Shown here: piece by piece, positions 56,490-64,000 of the stretch
How positions within the stretch are numbered: position 1 is the first letter of the stretch
How the letters are laid out: each line of letters starts with the position of its first letter
Assembly: GCA_016188975.1 (NCBI GenBank)
Contig: JACPGQ010000008.1
Location: 17,812-81,811, forward strand
Reading direction: 5' to 3'
DNA length: 64,000 nucleotides
Source of the DNA: Candidatus Levyibacteriota bacterium
GTDB lineage: Bacteria; Patescibacteriota; Microgenomatia; Levybacterales; UBA12049
Notes under the pieces: generated by a model
What the model was told of the DNA's origin: nothing
Seen by the model: the letters and a program-made list of their open reading frames with translations, nothing else
Database searches by the model: none
Translations under genes and position numbers: made by a program

Positions 56490-57672
56490 TTATTTTTTAG
56501 AAGTAATGATATCTTTTCCAATATATTTTCTTAAAACTTCAGGAATAATAACGCTACCATCTTTCTGTTGGTAATTTTCTACAATAGCAACAAGTGTACG
56601 TCCAATGGCAAATGCAGTGCCGTTTAAAATATTCACAATTTTTTTTTCATTGCCGTCTTGATACTTGATATTCAACCTCCGCGATTGAAAATCTGTAATT
56701 GTTGATGCAGATACACATTTTGACAACCTGGTACGGAATATCCAACGACTGGAAAAATTTTTCTTCCAAAGAAACAAAATACTCATGCTCTTTGTCATCC
56801 TCTCCTTGTGGGACATAGGATACCATCTCTACTTTGTCAAACTGATGGACTCTGATAATGCCTTTTGTGTCTTTTCCATAACTTCCCGCTTCACGACGAA
56901 ATGCTGTTGAGAATCCGACATAACGACGGGGCAAATCTTTTTTGAGAAAAACTTCATTCTTATGCATGGGTACAATGCTATGCTCTGCTGTCCCGACCAA
57001 CACGAGGTCATCTTTGGGAATCTGAAACATATCTTCATCTCCTCCGTGTTCCATATATCCCATTGCACGCATCGAATCTGTCTTGATGAGGACTGGCGGC
57101 ACAACCGGAATAAATCCTTCTTTTATCAGCGTTTCGAATGCAAATTGTACAAGCGCAAATTCCAGGAGCGCTGCTTCGTTTTTGAGATATGCAAACCGGG
57201 CCCCTGAGACTTTTGCGGCTCGGTCGATATCAATAATGTCTAGTATCTGTCCGAGCTCAACATGGTCTTTTGGAGTAAATGAAAGTTTTGTTGGCTCTTT
57301 ATGTTTGCGGACAACTTCGTTTTCTTTATCGTTTTTCCCAACCTTTACATCGGGCTTTGCGGGATTGGCCACTTGGCGAAGCAGCATATCCAACTCTTCT
57401 TTGAGAGCAGCCAATACATGTTCTTCTTTCTCAAGCTTGTCTTTTAACTCTCTTCCTTTTTCTCTATATGAATTTCTTTCCTCTTCAACCGCGTTTGACG
57501 CGGCTTTCGTAAATGCATTTCGCTCTTCACGAAGACCCTGCACTTTTTGCAAAACGCCAAAATACGCCCTCTCTATCTCTAAAAGGTGGTTGATATCAAC
57601 AGGATAATTCTTGTCTTTCGCAGACTTTGAGACAAGCGATGGGTTCTCGCGGATATACTTTATATCGATCAT
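56490..57672 (-). pseudogene. serS: Seryl-tRNA synthetase interrupted by an internal ~75-nt deletion plus a +1 frameshift
   Basis: ORF 56647..57672 encodes SerS up to ...DIPYQVVKMC. ORF 56490..56816, in the +1 frame, encodes TDFQSRRLNIKY...LNGTAFAIGRTLVAIVENYQQKDGSVIIPEVLRKYIG. The canonical TGDLGFSAAKTYDLEVW.P.Q..YREISSCSN block between these is not encoded in any frame. Confidence 0.6.
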
Positions 57673-57679
57673 ACTTCTC

Positions 57680-57803
57680 TGTCATTGCGAGGAGCCATGC
57701 AGGGCTGCGCTGAAACGACGAAGCAATCTAATACAAAACTTTCGTCTTGTAGAGAATTGTTTCTAAGAGATTGCTCTCCGCCAACTGGCGAATCACAATG
57801 ACA
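57680..57803. mobile_element. MITE-like element, copy C, starting 8 nt upstream of the serS start codon
   Basis: Terminal inverted repeats TGTCATTGCGAG ... (T)CACAATGACA, with internal GACGAAGCAATCT / AGAGATTGCTC inverted repeats. Confidence 0.55.
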
Positions 57804-57916
57804 ATCTTAGGTGATTATACTGCGAATTCGCAGGGGAAGCAATTTTCTATCTACTCTCTGCTCCACGCTCTTAGCCCTTTGCCACAACGTAACTATTCAG
57901 TTCTTTCCAATGAACT

Positions 57917-58024
57917 TGTCATTGCGAGCCCCGATTGAATCGGGGCGAAGCCACGTACCGTACGGTACATGGCGAAGCAATCTCATGAGATCGCCACAGC
58001 TACATCAATAGCTTCGCGATGACA
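57917..58024. mobile_element. MITE-like element, copy D
   Basis: Terminal inverted repeats TGTCATTGCGAG ... CTTCGCGATGACA. Internal hairpins are CCCGATTGAATCGGG and CGTACCGTACGGTACATG. Confidence 0.55.
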
Positions 58025-58114
58025 ACCTGTCGGAGAAAACTGAATAGGTGCTCCTAAACGTTATACGCTTTTCGCTAAACGCTAGATCTTGCATTGGCAT
58101 GATAAAATATATGC

Positions 58115-58618
58115 ATGATTCTTTCAGGCAGAAAAGGCATCATCTGGCTCTTTCCTCTCATCCTATCTTTTTTACCTCTGATAGCTGTTTCTCCAATGAC
58201 GAAGTCAGTTGTCAAAGTTGAGTCTACGGACGGCTCGTCCAATGTACGCGTGGAGAACGATACTTCTTCATCAAATACAACGACGACCACGACCACGACT
58301 GGCAGAACCGATATCGTCATCGAATGCAACGGCGTCAAAAAAGAATACCATTCAGACAAAGCAGAGAATGTGACACTCAATTGCGATGACAGCACTACAG
58401 GAACTGTCAAAAGCGAAGTAAAGATCAGTAACAATACGTCATCAGCAACGACCTCACCAAACCCGACGATTGAAGAAGCCAAGAAAAAAATTGCAGAGAA
58501 AAAAGAGGAAATAAAAAAAGAAGTCAAAGCTGCGAAAGAAAAAATCAAAGAGCGCAATGATTTATTTGAAGAAATCACCCACATGATCCGCGAATTCTTC
58601 AAAAACTTCCACTTTTAA
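58115..58618 (+). CDS. Small secreted Ser/Thr-rich protein (signal peptide, poly-Thr run, Lys/Glu-rich C-terminus)
   Basis: The signal peptide is IIWLFPLILSFLPLIAVSP. An antisense ORF of similar length (58075..58602) exists, so the strand assignment is uncertain. Confidence 0.4.
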   Translation: MILSGRKGIIWLFPLILSFLPLIAVSPMTKSVVKVESTDGSSNVRVENDTSSSNTTTTTTTTGRTDIVIECNGVKKEYHSDKAENVTLNCDDSTTGTVKSEVKISNNTSSATTSPNPTIEEAKKKIAEKKEEIKKEVKAAKEKIKERNDLFEEITHMIREFFKNFHF

Positions 58619-59253
58619 CTTGCAGAATAAGTCTGAGTTGGTTGTGCAGTGGATCTTCTCAATTGATCCTTAACTTCATTCAAACCACTCCACATTGCTA
58701 CCGCACCTTTTTTAAATGCGTCTGTAGAAAGCAATCCACTTGGAGATAATTGTGGAGCCATTTCGTTAATAAGCTTGGCTATGTTTGCATTTTCGGGAAA
58801 CTGGGCATTTCGCAATAACCCTTCACTAAATGCGTCTAGATCATCGCCTACTAATGACTCCAAAAGAACCTTACTAATGGTACTATCAAAAGCTAACATC
58901 ACTGCTGCGACACCTTGTAGTGCTGAAATAGAATCCCCACTCATCTTATCAGCATCTTCATAAGGATAGAGCTCATAAACAGCATCAGCAACAGCAGAAT
59001 AAACAGGAGACTCCTGTTCCCCTTTCATTGGCTGAATCCAGGATAAAGTACTTTGAATTCTAAACCCGATAACAAAACTGGGTTTTCCCACTTTCTTAAG
59101 TTGCTCTGGAGAAAGAGATAAATGTAAGTCTCGTCTCAATGACTCAAGTTCAGAATCAGAGATATCAAGATACCCACCTTTCACTACTTCTTCTTCAATC
59201 TTATTTCTTGTCATATTGACCGATAGTATAGCAAGTCTCCTTGCCAAAATCAA
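58615..59253 (-). CDS. Hypothetical protein
   Basis: 212 aa, helical, no recognisable motif. Confidence 0.35.
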   Translation of the reverse strand: MILARRLAILSVNMTRNKIEEEVVKGGYLDISDSELESLRRDLHLSLSPEQLKKVGKPSFVIGFRIQSTLSWIQPMKGEQESPVYSAVADAVYELYPYEDADKMSGDSISALQGVAAVMLAFDSTISKVLLESLVGDDLDAFSEGLLRNAQFPENANIAKLINEMAPQLSPSGLLSTDAFKKGAVAMWSGLNEVKDQLRRSTAQPTQTYSAS

Positions 59254-59631
59254 TGTATGTCTTCCTCGCCAAAATCTGCTTCCTATTCAGGACACAGAAC
59301 CAAGCTGAACTTCTAGGTCAATTTTCCGCTGAACAACGCAGAAAAAATTCTTATGTATCATAAGTTAATATATGATACATATTTGCTACCCCAACAAGGA
59401 TGAAAATCAGTTAAGCACTTCTCACACTTCTCTTCGCTTCTTCATTCACAGTCCTTACTTCAAACTTCTCTACTGAATACATGGTCTTTTCTTTTACATC
59501 GCTCAGTCCTTTAGTCTCACTCGTGTTTGGTATCCTCATCTTCATCTTCCCAAAATTCCTTAACTACTTAATAGCAATCTACCTCATCATCAATGGACTT
59601 CTGGGGCTTGGGATAATTCGATAAGAGAAAC

Positions 59632-59952
59632 TTATTTCGAGGCTTTTTTGGTGGTCTTTGCAGCAGACTTCTTAGGAGCTGCTTTTTTTGTTGCTGGTTT
59701 TGCTTCTTTCTTCGTTGTTGACGGTACTAACTTCGCAAGAGATGACTTGAGTCGTGCGGCTTTGTTTTGATGGATAATATTTTGCTTTGCTGCTTTATCA
59801 ATCGCTTGATAGGCTTTTGCTAAGGCCTGTGGGGTTTTAGTCTTCACAGCAGCCTTAAAAAGCTTCTTGTAGGCGTCTTTTACCTTTCTGTTGGCAAGTG
59901 TCCGCTTCTTGTCCTGTCGAAGCTTCTTTTTTGCATGTTTCAGAACTGGCAT
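59632..59952 (-). CDS. rpsT: 30S ribosomal protein S20 with a Lys/Ala-rich C-terminal extension
   Basis: The N-terminus KHAKKKLRQDKKRTLANRKVKDAYKK matches bS20. Confidence 0.8.
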   Translation of the reverse strand: MPVLKHAKKKLRQDKKRTLANRKVKDAYKKLFKAAVKTKTPQALAKAYQAIDKAAKQNIIHQNKAARLKSSLAKLVPSTTKKEAKPATKKAAPKKSAAKTTKKASK

Positions 59953-60000
59953 AGATGTATTTTAGCATGCTATACTTGAAAATACAACTAATTCAAAGCT

Positions 60001-61665
60001 ATGAACGACTTCCTCAAAAAAAGCTTCTCCGTACTCCTAAGACAGCAAACCAATATCCTCTCTGCTGCCTACATCATCATGGCAACCGTCATCTTCTCTC
60101 AGCTCTTAGGGCTTGTTAGAAACCGCCTCCTTGTCTCGATTTTTGGCGCTTCAAATACTCTTGGCATCTACAATTATTCACTCATCCTTCCTGATACGAT
60201 CTTCCAACTCGTCGTAGCATCGGCGCTCGCGTCAGCCTTTATTCCAGTGTTTGTTGACTACATTAAATCAAACAAAGAAAAAGAGGGCTACAAGATGGCT
60301 TCAAATCTCCTGATTCTTGGACTTGGTATTTTTGGAATCCTCTCAGCAATCCTCGCACTGTTTGCACCATTCATCCTTAGTCTTTTTAACCTTGGCTCAA
60401 ACTTTACAGCTGACCAAATTACACTTATGGCAAGTCTCATGCGTCTTGTCATAATTGGCCAACTTCTCTTTATTATCGCGAGCTTACTTACTGCTATTTT
60501 ACAGTCCTATAACCATTTCTTTATCCCGGGCTTTGCTGCAGCACTGTATAATCTTGGAACAATCAGCGGGATATTTCTCCTTCACTCAAGCTTCGGCATA
60601 TACTCGGCACCACTCGGTGGAATCTTGGGAGGACTCCTCTATATTGTATTCCAACTTCCTCTTGCTTTTAAATTCGGCTTTCGGTTACGACCTGTTTTCT
60701 CACAGCTTTTGGACGCAGGGGTAAAAAAAATTATCCACCTCATGTGGCCTCGGGCATTACAAAATGGCGTACAGCAATTTGGCACAGTTGCGCTAGGAAT
60801 CATCATTGCCTTCCTCACTGATCCTGGGCGTATGTTTCTGCTTTTTGACTATGCAAAAGTATTGATGTTTGCACCAGTGTCCCTTGTCGGGTTTAGTATT
60901 GCGCAAGCAGCGTTTCCCATTCTTTCTCGGGAAAACAGCAACATGGAGGAATTTAAGTCTACGTTCCTCAATAGCGCATATCAAATGCTCTACCTCATTC
61001 TCCCCATCTCGGCCCTCCTCTTAGTGCTACGTATCCCTATTGTTCGCCTCATTTATGGAGCTGATCTTTTCGACTGGGACGCAACAGTTTTGACCGGGAG
61101 GACACTTGCTTTCTTCTCATTCTCCATCTTCGCCCAAGCTCTCATCGGCCTTTTTTATAGAGCATTTTATGCGCTTCACAACACCAAGATTCCTCTTCTT
61201 ACCAGTATCATCGGCACACTCTCTCTCATCTTCCTCGCATACTTTTTTGTCAACGGAAAACAGATGGGAATAGAAAGTATCGCTTTTGCATTTACGTTGG
61301 CAAATATCTTGCAGCTTCTTGTCCTGTTTGTTATTTTAGACAAAAAGACGGGGAAGTTTAATCGCAAGAACGTCATCCTCTCTTTGAGCAAGTTGTTTTT
61401 TGCAACAATTATTATGGCTTTTGCCCTGTACGTACCAATCAAACTTTTGGATCAACTTGTCTTCGATACGACCCGAACGGTAAATCTTCTTATGTTAACT
61501 GGTATTTCGAGCGCAGCCGGAATAAGTCTCTATTTTTTCTGCACCTGGCTTCTCAGTATCAGAGAAGCAAATACTTACCTCATGCTCCTCAAAAAAGTCG
61601 GAAACTGGAGAGAGATTTTGTACAAGAACGAGGAGGTTATCGAGGCGACACGGATCAATCCATAA
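60001..61665 (+). CDS. murJ: Lipid II flippase MurJ (MviN)
   Basis: 554 aa with 14 TM helices and an N-terminal region typical of MurJ/MOP-superfamily flippases. Confidence 0.8.
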   Translation: MNDFLKKSFSVLLRQQTNILSAAYIIMATVIFSQLLGLVRNRLLVSIFGASNTLGIYNYSLILPDTIFQLVVASALASAFIPVFVDYIKSNKEKEGYKMASNLLILGLGIFGILSAILALFAPFILSLFNLGSNFTADQITLMASLMRLVIIGQLLFIIASLLTAILQSYNHFFIPGFAAALYNLGTISGIFLLHSSFGIYSAPLGGILGGLLYIVFQLPLAFKFGFRLRPVFSQLLDAGVKKIIHLMWPRALQNGVQQFGTVALGIIIAFLTDPGRMFLLFDYAKVLMFAPVSLVGFSIAQAAFPILSRENSNMEEFKSTFLNSAYQMLYLILPISALLLVLRIPIVRLIYGADLFDWDATVLTGRTLAFFSFSIFAQALIGLFYRAFYALHNTKIPLLTSIIGTLSLIFLAYFFVNGKQMGIESIAFAFTLANILQLLVLFVILDKKTGKFNRKNVILSLSKLFFATIIMAFALYVPIKLLDQLVFDTTRTVNLLMLTGISSAAGISLYFFCTWLLSIREANTYLMLLKKVGNWREILYKNEEVIEATRINP

Positions 61666-61683
61666 AAATCCGCTCTATGCTAA

Positions 61684-63345
61684 CTAATAATCCATCCCTC
61701 CCATACCTCCTGGCATGCCACCAGCTGCTGGCGATTCCTTCTTCTCTGGAATCTCTACGACGAGCGCTTCGGTAGTAAGGATCATTGTAGCAACGGAAAT
61801 AGCATTTTGGACTGCTGTACGAACTACTTTAAGTGGATCAATAATACCCTCTTTGATCATATCGACAGGCTCCGCGCTCTCCACTGACTCAAGCTTTAGG
61901 ACGTTAAAACCTTGCCCTGTTGCACTCGCTGCCCTAGCCTTTGCGATAAGTTGCCCTGCGTCAATCCCAGCGTTTTGGATGAGTTTCACAAATGGTGCCT
62001 CAAGAGACCTCTGAACAATTTCAAATCCAAATTGCTCATCTCTACTTGCCTTGGCATCTTGCAAGTCTTTAATATTCATCCTTGTTGCAATATCAAGAAG
62101 TGCTACTGATCCACCAGGAACAATACCCTCTTCAAGTGCCGCCTTGGTCGCCGCAACTGCATCATTTACCCGCTCCTTCTTATCCTTCAACTCAACTTCT
62201 GTTGCTGCACCTACGTTTATGATTGCGACTCCGCCTGAGAGCTTTGCAAGCCGCTCCTGCAATTTCTCGCGGTCAAAATCAGATGTCGTTTCATCAATTG
62301 CCCGTCTGATCTGTGCAATCCGTGCTTTAAGCTTACTTGGGTCACCTTTACCACCTATTATTCGGGCATTTTCTTTATCTGCCCACACCTTATCAGCCCG
62401 ACCACAATCTTCAAGTGTAACGCTTTCGAGTTTGCGACCCGTGTCCTCCGAGATGACAGTGCCACCAGTGAGGATTGCAATATCCTCAAGCATCTCTTTT
62501 CTCCTATCACCAAACCCAGGCGCTTTGATAGCAAGCGTATTAAACGTTCCTCTGAGTTTATTGACGACGAGTGTCGCGAGCGCTTCACCTTCGATATCGT
62601 CTGCGATGATAACGAGGTTTTTTGAGACTTTTACCAAGCTCTCGAGAAATGGAAGCAACTCATTGAGCGCAGCGATTTTTTTGTCGGTAATAAGGATATA
62701 TGGATCATCAATATCAGCTTCCATTTTGTCTGCATTGGTGACGAAATAAGCAGAGGCATAGCCTTTATCAAACTCCATTCCTTCTTTATATTCGATCTCT
62801 GTGGAGAGACCTCTTCCCTCTTCAACAGTCACTACTCCGTCTTTACCAACCTTCTTTAGCGCTTCTGCGATAAGTTGCCCTAGCTGAGGATCTCCAGCTG
62901 AAATTGTGGCAACATTGGCAATGTCAGATTGCTTAATATCCTTCCCCATCTTTTTCAACTCGTTCACTACATATTCTCCTGCTTTCTCAAGGCCACGACG
63001 CATTACCATAGGATTGGAGCCAGCAGTGATCATCTTAATCCCCTCATCGACTATTGCCCGAGCGAGGACAGTAGAAGTTGTGGTGCCATCTCCGGCGACA
63101 TCGGCTGTCTTACTTGCTGCTTCTTTGACAAGCTGTGCACCCATGTTCTCAAATGGATCCTCAAGCTCAATCTCTTTTGCAACGGAAACACCATCATGAA
63201 TAACGCTTGGAGCGCCCCACTTCTTATCAATCGCTACATTTCGTCCTTTTGGACCAAGCGTCGTTGCAACTGCATCCGCAAGCTTTGCCACGCCTTTCTG
63301 AAGCTTTTCTCGAACCTCTTCTTTATAAATAATTTTCTTTGCCAT
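61684..63345 (-). CDS. groL: Chaperonin GroEL
   Basis: The start is at [25 protein letters not shown] is present, with a C-terminal GGM repeat tail. Confidence 0.9.
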   Translation of the reverse strand: MAKKIIYKEEVREKLQKGVAKLADAVATTLGPKGRNVAIDKKWGAPSVIHDGVSVAKEIELEDPFENMGAQLVKEAASKTADVAGDGTTTSTVLARAIVDEGIKMITAGSNPMVMRRGLEKAGEYVVNELKKMGKDIKQSDIANVATISAGDPQLGQLIAEALKKVGKDGVVTVEEGRGLSTEIEYKEGMEFDKGYASAYFVTNADKMEADIDDPYILITDKKIAALNELLPFLESLVKVSKNLVIIADDIEGEALATLVVNKLRGTFNTLAIKAPGFGDRRKEMLEDIAILTGGTVISEDTGRKLESVTLEDCGRADKVWADKENARIIGGKGDPSKLKARIAQIRRAIDETTSDFDREKLQERLAKLSGGVAIINVGAATEVELKDKKERVNDAVAATKAALEEGIVPGGSVALLDIATRMNIKDLQDAKASRDEQFGFEIVQRSLEAPFVKLIQNAGIDAGQLIAKARAASATGQGFNVLKLESVESAEPVDMIKEGIIDPLKVVRTAVQNAISVATMILTTEALVVEIPEKKESPAAGGMPGGMGGMDY

Positions 63346-63407
63346 ACTTTGATTATCACGGATTATAACTGATTTCGCGGATCCGTGGATATCCGCTATC
63401 ATCTATG

Positions 63408-63725
63408 TTAATCTACTACCGCCAAAATATCCTTCTGCTCAACGAGCATCCATTCTTCATTGTTTACCTTTACTTCGTTGCCGCCCCATTTCTTGTACAT
63501 GACTTTTTGCCCTACTTTAACGACCATAGGCAACGTCTTTCCCTCTGGAGTCATGTGTCCAGTGCCAATTGCCATAATAATACCGATTTGAGGTTTTTCT
63601 TTTGCTGTATCGGGTAGGATAATCCCGCTTGCCGTTTTTGCTTCGGCCTCAAGCGGCCTGACAAGAACATTGTCAAAAAGTGGTTTAATATTTGTTTTGC
63701 CTGTCTTATCAGTACTTTTTGCCAT
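63408..63725 (-). CDS. groS: Co-chaperonin GroES
   Basis: 105 aa (IKPLFDNVLVRPLEAEAKTASGIILPDTAKEKPQIG) and the mobile-loop region. Confidence 0.85.
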   Translation of the reverse strand: MAKSTDKTGKTNIKPLFDNVLVRPLEAEAKTASGIILPDTAKEKPQIGIIMAIGTGHMTPEGKTLPMVVKVGQKVMYKKWGGNEVKVNNEEWMLVEQKDILAVVD

Positions 63726-63727
63726 AT

Positions 63728-63756
63728 TTAATCACTCGGCAGTAATCACTGCTAAT
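63728..63756 (-). promoter_or_regulatory. CIRCE-like inverted repeat (HrcA operator) immediately upstream of groES
   Basis: Minus strand ATTAGCAGTG-N9-GAGTGATTAA, against the CIRCE consensus TTAGCACTC-N9-GAGTGCTAA. Confidence 0.55.
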
Positions 63757-63837
63757 TTATACAATACGCCGATTTTCTTGTCAATACCCTATAGCAAATT
63801 ACGTTAGGGGTTATGCGGTTACGAAACCCGTATCGTA

Positions 63838-63905
63838 ATTCGTCTATCTTTTCCGTTCCAAACAACGTTACCGATTATCGAAACGGGCCCCGTATAAACT
63901 GTGTT
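63838..63905. repeat. ~68-nt repeat also present at 26268-26335, with a partial third copy at 63975-64000
   Basis: CCCGTATCG(TA)ATTCGTCT.TC.TTT..C....CAACG(AAACGGGC) is conserved between 26268-26335 and 63838-63905. CGGGCATCGTTACC recurs at 26319 and 63987. Confidence 0.4.
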
Positions 63906-64000
63906 GTATCGTCAGAAATGGTTTATAAAGTATTCAGCAACTTGCAAACAACTACTGATTGCAAGCCAAAGTTTGTACGGGGCGGGCATCGTTACCGATA

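Noticed and set aside
57811-58011. 66-aa ORF between MITE copies C and D
   Set aside because: It begins and ends inside repeat sequence, has no Shine-Dalgarno and no recognisable domain, so it is probably non-coding spacer.
58075-58602. 175-aa minus-strand ORF antisense to the small secreted protein gene
   Set aside because: The plus-strand ORF has a credible signal peptide. The minus-strand translation is low-complexity (poly-Val from the poly-Thr codons). It is kept only as an alternative.
61715-63372. Numerous 60-230 aa plus-strand ORFs inside groEL (for example 62051..62749)
   Set aside because: These are Ser/Ala-rich shadow ORFs on the antisense strand of a highly expressed, clearly coding gene. 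The same reasoning applies to the antisense ORFs within secA, korA, sufB, tkt and others in the track.
1-64000. CRISPR arrays, rRNA genes, integrases/transposases, and toxin-antitoxin or defence islands
   Set aside because: No direct-repeat/spacer periodicity, no rRNA-like conserved blocks, and no recombinase or Cas-like ORFs were seen. The only mobile-DNA signal is the non-autonomous MITE-like family plus the intein homing endonuclease.

Overview
This 64 kb window is AT-rich, densely coding and mostly encoded on the minus strand. Weak Shine-Dalgarno usage and the gene content suggest a small-genome bacterium of the Patescibacteria/CPR type. Everything below is read from the sequence; I ran no searches.

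Main blocks, left to right:
- nth, followed by a 2-oxoacid:ferredoxin oxidoreductase (korA/korB), a ferredoxin, and a SUF Fe-S assembly operon (sufU, sufS, sufD, sufB, sufC, Rrf2 regulator).
- An ~11 kb nucleotide-sugar and glycosyltransferase island (GT39, GT2-GtrA, uxs, gmd, rmd, ugd, rmlD, rmlB, NUDIX, RmlC-like cupin, rmlA).
- t6A genes (tsaB, tsaC, tsaE) around a polymerase-domain-only polA.
- ftsEX, prfB, mntH, tkt, and a rib operon behind an FMN riboswitch.
- secA, serS, rpsT, murJ, and groES-groEL behind a CIRCE operator.

Most notable observations:
1. A LAGLIDADG intein sits inside the CPGC iron-sulfur motif of korB.
2. A 92-124 bp MITE-like element with 12-bp terminal inverted repeats (TGTCATTGCGAG) occurs four times. 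One copy supplies the start codon of nth and another abuts the serS start codon.
3. A 10-codon poly-lysine mini-ORF (MAKKKKKKKK) with a near-perfect anti-16S Shine-Dalgarno and an intrinsic terminator sits in the secA leader.
4. Several families of GC-rich hairpin repeats occupy intergenic spacers.
5. Four genes (korB, serS, an IMPase, a cupin) carry frameshifts. Three of them also lack an internal 20-36 aa segment, so they may be pseudogenes or may reflect assembly errors.

No CRISPR array, rRNA gene or convincing tRNA gene is present.
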